DNA from: Pecten maximus
Lineage: Eukaryota
Assembly: GCF_902652985.1 (NCBI RefSeq)
Contig: NC_047025.1
Coordinates: 10,726,001 to 10,790,000 of the forward strand
Direction of reading: 5' to 3'
DNA: 64,000 bases
The first letter of the stretch is position 1. Every line of letters begins with the position of its first letter. The notes beneath the pieces were generated by a model that did no database searches, was not told the origin of the DNA, and saw only the letters and a list, made by a program, of their open reading frames with translations. The position numbers were made by a program, and so were the translations under genes. Positions 38,901-48,993 of this stretch are shown piece after piece.

Positions 38901-41900
38901 GTAAGGCTGGTCATTACTATCAATAATATCTTAAATAAAAATAGATCCAGTAATCCATTATCTATTATGCCGATTTGTTTCCATGGTTACAGGACAGTGC
39001 TAAGGAGGAGGAAAGCCTGGAAAGTTTACTGGACAATATGGTTAACCTGATGAAGATGCTGCGAGAACCTAGTTCTGACGCTCAGGACAAGATGGGTAAT
39101 TATCTGACCCTAATGGTGCTAATCTGTCAATTTATTTTCAGTGGTGATACCTTTTTTAAAAAGATTTCCCATAATGCATCCTTATATGATGTACTGACAA
39201 ATAATAGCCATCGTCAAGCTGGTGATATCTGAGAATACTCTGTATCTGTACCTATCACTTTTTGAGCCAATATACAAACTTTTCCTTATAGGAAATAAAT
39301 GTGTGTCACATTTATCTGGAAATAAGCCTATTCCGGCAATAAGCCAAAGCCCATTCTGGTAATAAGCCTACCCAATTCTATTGCAGTTCAGAAAATTAGC
39401 TTACAAATGATTTTTCATTTTCTTGCAATAAGCTCACTCCTTAGTTTGAGCCAAACTTGAAATGTTACTCACTGTGCTTGTTAGTCCCCCACCAGGATCC
39501 GAGGGACTAATAATACTTTTGCATTGTGTCGGTCTGTCCCTCTGCTTATTACCTTGTCTGGGCTCTTTCTCCTACATTATTTGACACTGTAACTTCATAC
39601 TTGGGGCATATATTCACCAAGGTGAGGCAATGTGTCATGTATCAAAAGTAGGTCACTCAGACCTACATTTTGACCTTTGACCTACATCAAAGAGAACATT
39701 TGTCCAGGCTCTACCTCCTACATTCCCTGTCACTGGAGCTTCATTCTTGGGGTGTGGGTTCGCCTCATTTATCATGGATCCATGCATTCTTGTAATTTCA
39801 CAACCAGTAGGGGAGTGTAATTCACCAAATTGTCTCATTTCATCATAAATATCAGAATGCTGTGCTTATCACAGAACTAATTAAAAGGTTTTCATCCAGT
39901 GACTTTGGTATAATTTGTTTTCTTTCTTAGCTGTGGTGGAGCCCATTCTCCCCCCAACCGAGTCACTCACTGCCATGTTCAACATGAGGGCAGTGTTTGT
40001 GGTAACAGACGGCGAAGATGAGCGTCTATCTCCTGCCTACTGGCTGGCTAATCCCGCGTTAGATGAGGCAGACATTGAGCCTGACATGATTCGATTTGAT
40101 GTGGAGAGTATGTGTGCCAAACATTGCCCCGAGTTCAACCTTGAGGAGGAACTCAAAAAGAATGTTATGTCCTCAACTGAGGAACTTACTCGACCTAGAA
40201 GACTCAAGCAGGGGTAAGTAAGCATAGGAAGGTCATAAGCTTACAGCTTAGCATAGGAACTTCCATAAGCTAGCAGCTTAGCATAGGCAGGTCCATAAGC
40301 TTACAGATTTGCATATGAAGGTCCATTAGCTAACAACTTAGCATAGGAAGATCCATAAGCTAACAGCTTAACGTAGGAAGATCCATAAGCTAACAGATTA
40401 GCATAGGAAGGTCCATAAGCTAACAGATTAGCATAGGAAGGTACATAAGCTAACAGATTAGCATAGGAAGATCCATAAGCTAACAGCTTAGCATAGGAAG
40501 GTACATAAGCTAACAGATTAGCATAGGAAGATCCATAAGCTAACAGATTAGCATAGGAAGGTACATAAGCTAACAGATTAGCATAGGACGGTGGAGTGGA
40601 CATGCAAGTGCTGGACTTTTATCAGTACACAAAAATTTTATTACATAAGTTCCATCTTATAATTGAAAATATTTATTATTTTCCTTCAGTGACAGGAGAA
40701 AGTCTCAAGAAATCAGCATTAACAGGGGCCGTGGTTTCAGACGACCTTTTGGTGAGTTAATCTCAAGTCAATCTCTCAGATTTACTGTAAAACATTCCAC
40801 TGGAAGAGGTTAATATGAAATTTCTTTTTAAATTGAGTTCAATGTAATTTCATTATAACGATGAATAAATCCTTGGTTTAAAGATGCTACATCTCTGGCA
40901 AAGAATGATATAATTGATCAGTTTTATATAATACTCAATGTTCCATACTTTATGCTATTTTTCACATTTTAACTTGCAAACATATAAAAAAAATAGAGTT
41001 TCACATGATATAGAAACTTTATTAAGAATAAGAAATTTTATGCAAAAGGAAAACTACCTTCAATTGTCATTCATATTATAATAATGATCTTATTCCAACA
41101 GTTGCTCCAATGAGAGGACGTGGTATAGCCAGAGGCATGATGAATAACAGTGGCCGTGTGGATTCCTTCCGCTCTCGGCCACCCAACACCAGCCGTCCTC
41201 CTTCAATGCACGTTGATGATTTCATGAAACTAGAGAAGGGCTCTCAGGGACAGCAGCCTCCAGCGCAGTCCCTCACCCCGATACCAGAGCGAAGAATGAT
41301 GGGCAAGGTAGGTCGTGAGGCAGTGTTCATATTTAAACCTTCTAACTTTCAAACAATACTATCTACAATAGTCGCCTTTTCTTTTAATAGAAAATCTGTT
41401 TCTGGTGAATTACTTGAGTTCCATTGAACATATTCTTTTGCCCGAATCACCGTTTATATGCAATAATGCAAGTGAAAAGGAAACAATAAAATTTGAATTT
41501 CACACACTCCTTTCATACCAGAGTTGCTTTCTCGTAGTTGTTTTTTCAAAATAAAAGGTTGAAGGTCATATGTCAATGTCGCCATTACTGAAAATGACGA
41601 AACAGTTTTGACCATTCAAAGGGATTTGTAGTATCGCTGATTCATTAATACTTGGTTTGAAATGGAAGTTATACTTGAGAAAATATGCACTAGATATTCT
41701 GAATAAGAAATAGCTCAGACATAAAAGCTAAACATGTTTTTTTTTTTGTCCTTCAGGAGATGAACCGAGGAGGAGGAAGAGGAGGACGAGGGTTTGATCG
41801 TGGTGGATTTGACCGTGGTGGCGGAGGACGTGGATACAGAGGCGGACGATTTTTCACGCCCCCCTCAAACTACAATCGTAACAATGACAGACCAACAGAC

Positions 41901-44614
41901 ACTACCTATGGTAATAATACCTGTAGTATTAACCCTTTCACCCCTACTGACCATATTAGACTTCTAATGATGAATGGATGGCGGAGTCCACTTAAGTTTC
42001 TTATGGTTGAAAGGGTTAATAATACTCTGTAATATTTATTTTATTTAATCGATTTAGTGATTGTGCATATCATTCTAAGACCAGACTTTCGGTAGGGTAA
42101 ACAAAATTATTGAAATATTTGTTCCAAATTTATTTTAATGGCTCTAAATTAAAATTGAATGGCATTTAATGTGGGGCCTTCCATACAAATTCTCATTGCA
42201 GCTCCGAATTAACCTTCAAAGAGTTTTCCAGTATATTACAAGATTGTATGGTCATTATATAATGGTGTCCAGTCATATGTCAAAGAAAACTAAGAATATT
42301 AAATGAATTTGTAATTAGAGCATTTTTAGCCATAAATTATATTACAACTTACAGGAGTGTGAAATAAACTAGACGTGAGAGTGAAAATTTGATTGAATGA
42401 AATATTAAATTTTTCAGTGTGGTAAACCTGTGTGATGAACACTCATTATGATCATTGAAAGGAAAAGGAAGAAAATCTTAATTTATTTTTTGTTCATTTA
42501 AAGGTGAAAGTAATCGAGGTGGGGGAGGAAGAGGTGGTTTCTATGGCAACAGACAAAAGTCCAACTTCAACAGCCCACGATCATTTGACAGAGAGTAAGT
42601 TTTTTTTGACACACCATGTATCATTAGAATTTTCTTCCACAATTGCACATTTGTGATTTGTGATGGAATATCTTGATGAATAGCTAGCTCATTGATTGAG
42701 AGAAGTTGCACACTTATCATTAAAAGCATTATTTCGCAAGATTGACACTCGTTTATCTCCGTATTCTCTTTTTAATATTGGTATACATAAAGGAATGTTA
42801 TGTAATCTTCCAATATGTTGGGAAGACATAATTTTCTATACAGCAGATGTATTTTTTCCCAGTTAATTCAATTTAAGAGAGATGAATTTTGACTGGATGG
42901 TATGACTTTCTCTACAGAAACAATCATATGATGTTGTATCTATTGTGATGTCATAACTTATCATAATAGTGTTTTTACGTGTGTTTTTTCTATATTTACG
43001 ACATAACCATATTACGTGTATGTAGTAGATTAGAACAGGCCTGTTAGTGATAAAAAAAGTTTCAATGAATTTATTTTTCACAACATGGAATCATGAACTA
43101 CAAGCCTAATTTTTTTTTTTTAGTGATGTTGGCGGCAGCGGAGGTCGAGTTGGCCAAGGTGAGAGAAGAGGTGGCAAGGACTTCCGTTTCTCCCCTCAAG
43201 GTCGTGGTGGCTACTGGAACAAGGACCAGGACAGCAGTGGTGGCAGGTAAGGTCATCAGGGTCAGAGTACTATACTAGGTCAAAGGTCACAGCCACTTCT
43301 ATTGTGTATTAGGTTTGCTACCTCTGTTATGCCTTGTTTCATGTAAAAATATGTAGTGTGCTGGAGTATCTAATAAGTCCTGACTTTGTGTTCAGTCTAG
43401 ATTTAATCAAGCTCCTTTCAGACTTTATAGGCATTTGTTAAACCAGTGTAAGTATGAAACATTCGGGGTGGTGAGTACACTGCCATCCATAAAAAAAACT
43501 ATACACAATCTTCTATAAATATCATGTCCATCACAAACTTTATCTTTGCAATTTATTGAAGACAAGTTCTTGAGGATGATTAATTTGTCAAGAGACAATA
43601 AGAATTTTCTAAGAAAAAAATCTGGATGAAGTTTCAGTGAGGTCCAAGGGATAGACACATTTGCAAGATATTCCAAAACTGCACAAAAAAAATCAGATTT
43701 TTTAAAGGTATACCATATACATTACACTCTATGTATTAAATTATTCCTTTTCAAAATGTTGTTATACTGTGAAAATATGCTCTGAAATTAACAAAATTTC
43801 TAAAGACATAATATTGCAAAAATGTTGCATTTTGGGGAATTTTTAGATCGTCAATAACTGTATCAATAATTGAGTCGCAGATGGATATAAATAAAAGCAT
43901 TATGATAAGAAGTTATAAAACAAAAAAAATTAAATACAAATAGTTATATTTAATTTTCCATTGTTTGTACGCAGAATGCAGCTTTCTGATTGGTTGAGAT
44001 TTTTTTTCATACCACTATGAAAAAAATTCCGTCACAATACGACAATTGACGTTGCGTATTGATTCAAGAAAAAGAATCCCATATAAAACCAGTAAAATTG
44101 TACATAAAACATGTTTTAGATTAGAAAATCATTTTCAAAAATTAATTATAAGCGTTGATGCCAATTATTTTTTAGTTTCATAGAGGTATGAAAAAACTTC
44201 TGTATGCAAACTTCTGTAAGAATCCACTACGTGGGTTCATACAGTTTGCAAACAAAATTTTTTTCATACCCCGATTAAACTAAATATTCATATTTACTGA
44301 ATTTCAATATATTGTCAGCAAAGTGTATGTGAACTTATGGATGGCAATGTATTTATGTGAAATGACATCAAGTATCGGAATTGTTTATGTGTGACAATTT
44401 GGTGACTACACTTGGTCACCTTCAAGATCACCGAGGTATGAAGTGTAGGAGTATAGTAAAATCATCATATAGCCAAATTGACTTCTATTTCTAATATATT
44501 CACATATAGTACAAAGCAGGTTTCAATTTCTTCTGTTGCAGGTTTGGCGGTCAGATGTTCCGTGGAGGGCGTAGAGAGTACCCAGGACACCATCAGCGAT
44601 CCTTCACCAAATAG
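7115..44614 (+). CDS. VIRMA: Protein virilizer homolog (VIRMA/KIAA1429), m6A methyltransferase complex scaffold; 40 coding exons
   Basis: Manually spliced GT-AG exons with consistent phases: 7115-7186, 7759-7871, 9582-9668, 10624-10675, 11124-11259, 11631-12962, 13221-13315, 13513-13584, 14138-14218, 14714-14874, 15473-15552, 15893-16053, 17307-17564, 17935-18023, 19003-19183, 19881-19975, 21023-21206, 21611-21728, 22124-22273, 23005-23148, 23580-23783, 24279-24364, 25119-25265, 31166-31261, 32218-32290, 33237-33373, 34271-34470, 34929-35129, 35771-35876, 37130-37201, 37719-37880 (one extra base), 38275-38530, 38993-39095, 39931-40213, 40690-40751, 41102-41307, 41757-41910, 42504-42594, 43124-43246, 44542-44614. 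Recognised virilizer motifs: ELLFFDTFSH, LDLVQFPRPVIIHEVRVIP, TDGLILKGWY..ITIAIYG, SGLLMLSELLPLPLP, DSFRSRPPNTSRPPSMHVDDF, C-terminal RSFTK. Confidence 0.95.
8197..8762. mobile_element. Non-autonomous DNA transposon (TATGG..CCATA termini, 6-bp TSD CTCCAC; IS3EU-like) filled with GTGATATCACCTATTCGAAT repeats
   Basis: About 45-bp perfect TIRs; TSD at 8191-8196 and 8763-8768. Confidence 0.85.
10190..10439. mobile_element. MITE (TACTGTAA..TTTACAGTA)
   Basis: Imperfect terminal inverted repeats. Confidence 0.55.
10757..10913 (-). mobile_element. SINE fragment sharing the same 3' tail but with a different core (GGAGTACCCGGAGAAAA)
   Basis: (TTTG)n tail followed by TTTAACGTCCTATTAACAGCCAGGGTCATTTAAGGACG; a + strand tail fragment follows at about 10968-11022. 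Confidence 0.65.
11631..12962 (+). CDS. VIRMA: VIRMA exon 6: large low-complexity exon (P/Q-rich, RE/RD-rich, RS repeats)
   Basis: tttatcag| acceptor and GCAG|gtaac donor, in phase with exons 5 and 7; corresponds to ORF 11663-12979. Confidence 0.9.
16217..16547. mobile_element. MITE
   Basis: TIR AGAGCCCCACT(T/C)GATTTGCACTCTTCTC at both ends. Confidence 0.75.
18590..18945 (+). mobile_element. SINE, same family as 295-666
   Basis: Colinear similarity over about 350 bp including the tail. Confidence 0.75.
20619..20999. mobile_element. MITE with CAGGGT..ACCCTG termini, 5-bp TSD AAATG
   Basis: Terminal inverted repeats; internal GCCTTGAA subterminal repeats. Confidence 0.75.
21729..21995. repeat. 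About 30-bp minisatellite (CTGGTCACTAGTGGTCAGTTTGACCTGTC) after VIRMA exon 18
   Basis: About 8 degenerate copies visible. Confidence 0.8.
22730..22860. mobile_element. Palindromic foldback element
   Basis: TATAGAAGGAGTGATCC...GGATCACTCCTTCTATA; arms pair nearly to the centre GTTGTACAATACAAC. Confidence 0.75.
23875..24012. repeat. 62-bp tandem duplication in VIRMA intron 21
   Basis: GGGCAAATCAAGTGT..ACATGGCA, just over 2 copies. Confidence 0.8.
24362..24910. repeat. 41-bp minisatellite made of duplicated splice donors (CAGGTAAAT) after VIRMA exon 22
   Basis: Unit CAGGTAAATATTTATCATACACCAGGTAAATCTTTGTCATA, about 8 clean copies then decaying. Confidence 0.92.
27190..27490. repeat. About 86-bp tandem repeat overlapping the C-terminus and stop of the nested B-box gene
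   Basis: CCTCCCACTTGCCTGGTGAGGG(C/T)TCA recurs about 4 times. Confidence 0.8.
27433..28959 (-). CDS. RING-less TRIM-like protein: B-box zinc finger, coiled coil, NHL-like beta-propeller (508 aa, intronless CDS), nested in VIRMA intron 23
   Basis: Uninterrupted ORF with gccATGg start; B-box CPNH..CIDC..LICATC...HKSH; heptad-rich central region; C-terminal NHL-like blades (e.g. PGSIAYDRNGNLVVAD). Confidence 0.88.
   Translation of the reverse strand: MATGRPSAHKGEQLPIRVKGSSNCPNHRQKEIIFICIDCDEELICATCSVTTHKSHELVELSSVKTQQNSKLEVFINNTEKHALPQLKMEIQLTHKELTKNSLYFSGIREKVTDQGLKCKKEIDNLISENKKICDKMEVLNQNLLKTHITELQRRITSLESLLNECKQTIQTGSTILTHDVVSDIQKFDSKIPNLPKQQWPQFHPCQDMLDQLKKAVGTVSTDQAQKEKVVKIKLLREPVVQSKFKFRHHITTIYPTQDSLAWVCDFESNILELIDFKGQTRKEIKYQDKIRDISRSAKTGNLWFCCREAKCVCEVSSSKMPVIKFRTDDPLYSICVTKDEFIVLGSEKKVSIYTDKGVMLHSSSRHISGITSAGEITQCPLTGNIAVLSAEILQNDDSSEDNWIGQIIIYDRKLQVKSHYKGEGIKSAGERFGPGSIAYDRNGNLVVADMKRHTVELVSGLGQHIKTLCSGSQGQGVIGLEDGQVLWTASEPSPGKWEVKLLKYFSE
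32291..32705. repeat. Degenerate tandem repeat (GGTCAAGGTCA/TCAAAGGTCAC-rich) after VIRMA exon 25
   Basis: ATGGTCAGAATATCATAGCAAAAAATGTAAGGCC duplicated, followed by decayed units. Confidence 0.65.
33237..33373 (+). CDS. VIRMA: VIRMA exon 26 (LWTKVIKELL...SGLLMLSELLPLPLPLQTKE)
   Basis: Conserved virilizer SELLPLPLP motif; ttgcag| acceptor and |gtaaat donor. Confidence 0.93.
35112..35507. repeat. Tandem repeat incorporating the end of VIRMA exon 28 and its donor
   Basis: CTCACTAACAAATCAGG|GTAAA(C/T)AGATAAACA repeated several times. Confidence 0.85.
36188..37022. mobile_element. Non-autonomous DNA element with CAGGGTTTTTGCCAG TIRs, 5-bp TSD CTGTA
   Basis: Inverted termini; TTCCCAAT subterminal repeats. 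Confidence 0.8.
37719..37880 (+). CDS. VIRMA: VIRMA exon 31 (IAQALPSKEYMYQ...DHNYGFFHLK), apparent 1-bp insertion
   Basis: Flanking exon phases require 161 nt but 162 are present; CTGCCCTAG gives an in-frame TAG at 37737-37739. Confidence 0.8.
40221..40587. repeat. 30-bp minisatellite immediately after VIRMA exon 34
   Basis: GCATAGGAAGGTCCATAAGCTAACAGATTA, about 12 copies. Confidence 0.92.
41102..41307 (+). CDS. VIRMA: VIRMA exon 36 with RPPNTSRPPSMHVDDF motif
   Basis: Highly conserved virilizer C-terminal motif; canonical splice sites. Confidence 0.95.
44542..44614 (+). CDS. VIRMA: VIRMA terminal coding exon (FGGQMFRGGRREYPGHHQRSFTK*)
   Basis: ttgcag| acceptor in phase; RSFT[K/R] C-terminus typical of VIRMA; TAG stop. 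Confidence 0.88.
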
Positions 44615-45383
44615 ACATTGCCAAAATCAACTGAACTTTTTTAAAATCAGACATTTTTGTTCCCCTTAAATATCTAGGAATAATAATTTCACAACAGTGT
44701 TGTGGAGAAGTTATGAATGAGCTTCAAATGTCTGAAAATACTGATGAAAAATTCAGTCTTTGAAAGTAATGTTGGGAAAAGTAATTTTCCTTGTCAACAA
44801 TATAATATTTTTATTTCTGTTCTCAAAATGAACAATTACAGATACAAGGTTTAATAGCTCTTTTTTTCAGAAAGGAAGTATTTCTGCGGTATTAAAGGTA
44901 TCAACTTCTGATAACACAGAATAAAATCAAAATTTAGATATTATGTGAAGAAATTTCAAATGAATTTTAATGACAACATGTTTTTTTAAAAGAATCATTG
45001 AGTTGAGTTCTTGAAACATTTAATGAATGGAATGATTTGACAAGGGAGGTAATCAAGTGCTCTACCATTGGATTAATGTGCAATTCCATGAAGTTATTTC
45101 ATTTACACAGCTCCTTTATATTGATATTCACCAGTAAGCATGATAATGTATGTGTTTAACATATGTATTTACACTGATATATAGTCGTGGTGATAAAGTT
45201 TCAAAATATCTTGAAATTAAAGCTGTTGATTAAATCACAATTTTTGACCACCACGATTCAACTGTTGTTGTTATAGGAAATACATTTTTGTATAAGACTG
45301 AATTTTTAATCAACTTGTGTTGGATTCATTATGTTGAAGTGGAATTATTGTTTTGATATGATGAATGCTATCTTTCCACAAAG

Positions 45384-45511
45384 AATAAAATACTACAGTC
45401 CTGACAAACCTTTTACATCCATGAAATTCAATACAGCATTCATGTTGAAAGATTTTATTGTGCTTTTACCATTATTCCTTACAGAATAAAATTGACCAAG
45501 AAATTAATAAA
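45384..45511 (+). terminator. Candidate VIRMA polyadenylation signal cluster
   Basis: AATAAA at 45384, 45485 and 45506 (an earlier one at about 44920) downstream of the stop. Confidence 0.4.
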
Positions 45512-45604
45512 ACATCACTACAAATTGTGTACAATTTTTATCATCTCCTTTTCTTAAGAACTATTGATACTAGTCATAATTACTTAACTGTGCAGAGTGA
45601 TGCC

Positions 45605-45860
45605 TCCAGTCTTGGGGGCCAGGGTCCTTGTAGTAGTTTGTGACTACCTCGCTGAACAGCATGCAAGAGGCCTGTTGTGTGCCATCCAGAGTAATAAGGG
45701 GAAAACAGCTTGCCCAAGACATGACCATACAGATTGGCCTGTTTCTCAGCTTCCTGAGACACAAACTGACATGGGTAATGACTCGCCTCAGATCTTCACC
45801 TGAGGGTACATGGCCGGCACTCGGCACTCCAACCAACTGAGCTATAGCAGCCCCTGGTGG
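45605..45860 (-). mobile_element. SINE (CORE-like family)
   Basis: CTTGCCCAAGACA core-like motif; tRNA-like end AACCAACTGAGCTA; similar to the 5425 and 53485 copies. Confidence 0.55.
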
Positions 45861-48027
45861 CCTGTATGATGCTGGAGTGATTGTGACTTCATTTCAGATA
45901 CTGCTTAGTTTGAAATATTAGCAGGGGATTTAATTTCACCATATAGAAAACTGGAGTACCTGGAGAAAACACACGTGATTGGGCATGTGACCCCATCCTT
46001 TTTTATGTCTGATCAAGTAATCACACCCCAGCCCCGAGGTGAAAGGCACTGTGCCACCTCACCACCCAACTATGCAGTACCTTGTTCACCTGTCAAATAT
46101 GCTCAAATAACTTACCATCATTTATGGAGGAAAACCAGTCTGCCAATTTTTAACTTGCAGGATGAAGTCCGGGGGAACTATTGCGGCGTCATCTGCAGAC
46201 AGCTAGGTTAAAGTTTTTCTAAAACAGTTTTGTGTTAATACAAAGAGGATGCAGCTTAGGTATTTGACATGTGTGTTCCTTGTGAGAAGACTTTCCATTA
46301 ACCTTGACCTTTGACCTACATTTAAAAAACTTTAACTTTGCATTGTGTGTTAACCATAATAGTGCTTTCATATGACATGTGTACCTTGTGACTTGTGTGA
46401 AATGCTACAAGGGTTGTTCAAGTGAATATCCTAGACCTTCATTCAAGATCACAGGTTCAAAAGAGTGCAAATCTTCAATTAGTTTCTAATACAATTACTG
46501 GTACCATAAAGTGTGGGGTAATAATATGACACTGGGGTCTAACACAATTTACTTATAAAACGTAATAGCCATACATGTTTTCTTCTACTGGGTATATAGC
46601 ATAGGGAAATAAATTGTGACAGGTCTCTGTGGTAATGATATATAACATGGATTACTGTTACAATCGTAAAAGTCTATTATTGTTGTTTGAAGATATCATA
46701 TGACCTAGACTCCCATTAAAAAGGTCACAGTGGTAAAGTGTCTCCTAAGAAACTTGCGGAAATAAAAGTAATATTACACCTTTAGGTTATTGATGCAAAG
46801 TCAGTCATCCGGCTGGCATCAACCCAAGTTTCTACCAACTTCTGTTTCCAATTTCCAGGTAAGCTGCAAACACTTGTAGGCCTCGTGTATCTTAAAATAT
46901 GGTTTCTACGTTTTTTGTTTTGTTTTTTTCAATTAAATGAAAACTAATTTGAGAATAAACAGGTAAATAATGTAAATGACAAAAACTATCCGGTATATCA
47001 GTCTATATATGTCTCTGGGTATATGTACTACATAGACAACATAAAAATCAGAAATTGTTTTTGAAGTTTTGAATTATTTCATTTATTTCTAATATGATTT
47101 TCAAATGTTGAGTCAAAGATAAACAACACACTGCATTTGAAATAAGAAATTGAAACATTCTGAAGTATTACTTCCTCACTGAAGTTATTTCAATTCTTTT
47201 CTTATGAGTATCAAAATAAAGATGTTCACTGCAAAAACTAAATGATACATTGTATATTAAAAATGCATCAAAAGATATCTAATGATAATCATTTTAAACA
47301 ATATCAAACAATGTTGGAAAGGAAGGGCACTTTTTTGGTCTTCAAATGATTTCAGTGTATGGATGGTCTCATTATGCATTTCAATCATATCAACATCTAT
47401 AGACGCGACATAGTTTCAAGTTAAAAAATATATAAAGGGAATAATTATTAAACTTTTTAGTTCTGACCAAAGTTTATCATTTGTCAGATTCATGGATTTG
47501 GCTGTTGTTACCAAAAAATAAAAACTGGATAAAATAAACATTACTCTGAATAAATATATGATTAAATAGAAAAATGATGATGTGATATATCGTACATTTA
47601 GATATGAAATATAGTATCAGATGCTTAGTATATTAATATCTATAATATGATTTGGAAATGCACTAAAATGATTTTAAATATTGCCCAGAATGTTAACACT
47701 TACCATATGGTCATCCTATATACACTGGAGTTTCGTTTTAAACATGTTTGATATAACAATGTGATGATACACAAGTCATTGTATTGAACCCATACAAGTA
47801 CATATCTAATATACAAACAATAGCTAGGTCACTAGAATTCATGGTACCAGTATATTTTGAAACATTTTAAAAATTATATAGATTTATATATCATGTATAT
47901 CTGTATTTGAGTAGGAAAATGAAAAAAACTTCATATGATAAAATATATTTCAGTTTTATGTATGAACCAATAGGAAAATATTGTTTATGCATCACATTTT
48001 GAAATGTGGTATCACCACAAATTATGT

Positions 48028-48375
48028 GGTTTGGACAGCAAGAGTTACGTCCCTTTATATAGTTTGGACAGCAAGAGTTACGTCCCTTTATATAGTTTGG
48101 ACAGCAAGAGTAACGTCCCTTTATATAGGTTGGAGAGCAAGAGTTACGTCCCTTTATATAGGTTGGACAGCAAGAGTTACGTCCCTTTATATCGGTTGGA
48201 CAGCAAGAGTTACGTCCCTTTATATAGTTTGGACAGCAAGAGCTACGTCCCTTTATATCGGTTTGACAGCAAGAGTTACGTCCCTTTATATAGGTTGGAC
48301 AGCAAGAGTAACGTCCCTTTATATAGTTTGGACAGCAAGAGTTACATCCCTGTATATAACGTGATCCTTGGTCTT
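48028..48375. repeat. 33-bp minisatellite
   Basis: TTGGACAGCAAGAGTTACGTCCCTTTATATAG(T/G), about 10 copies. Confidence 0.92.
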
Positions 48376-48483
48376 ATAACAAACTATGATATGATACAAC
48401 ATTTCAGTTTCAGATGACCTATATCATTCAGCCATCAACTTTTGAAACACCGCAAATTGTATGGATTGTACAGCAAGACTTAC

Positions 48484-48589
48484 GTCCTTCTACATAACGT
48501 GCTTCTTGGTCTTGACATCTGTCGCATTCTGTGATTCGTGAACCATTGTCATCTCTTCACCATCGTCAGAAATCGTTTGTTTTTGAAAC
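48484..48589 (-). other. Putative downstream exon of the RING E3 gene (3' UTR or readthrough-coding)
   Basis: Donor TG|gtgagt at 48980/48979; acceptor ttttctttaag| at 48590; next donor GAC|gtaagt at 48484/48483. Confidence 0.55.
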
Positions 48590-48993
48590 CTTAAAGAAAA
48601 TAATCGGTTTAATTGATATTAATGATTAAGTGGATAGATAAAATAATTGTAAGTGAATAAAGTTGTAAAAAGGTCACTAGTCAAACCCTAGAAATAATTA
48701 GACTTTGAATTACTGGATGTTTTTGTACAATGAAAAATAGAATATCTACGTGAAGAACAGCCATTTTACTTATCAAAGTGATAACTTCTGATTAGGCTTG
48801 TGACAAAATGGCTTAAACGGTATGGCTCTAGTTTTAACAGAAATTAAATAATTATGAAAGGATAAAGCATACTTTCAATTGTTCAAATATAAATGCGTTA
48901 CTACATAAAGGAAAAATAAATTCGACTTAGAGGATGGATGATTGAGAACATTTATACATTAAGAAAGTGATCAACTCACCAGCAGCCAGGGTC

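Noticed and set aside
40301-40603. SYANLLAY-repeat ORF on the minus strand
   Set aside because: Translation of the 30-bp intronic minisatellite
47981-48417. Two repetitive + strand ORFs (WTARVTSLYI / LDSKSYVPLY)
   Set aside because: Translations of a 33-bp minisatellite
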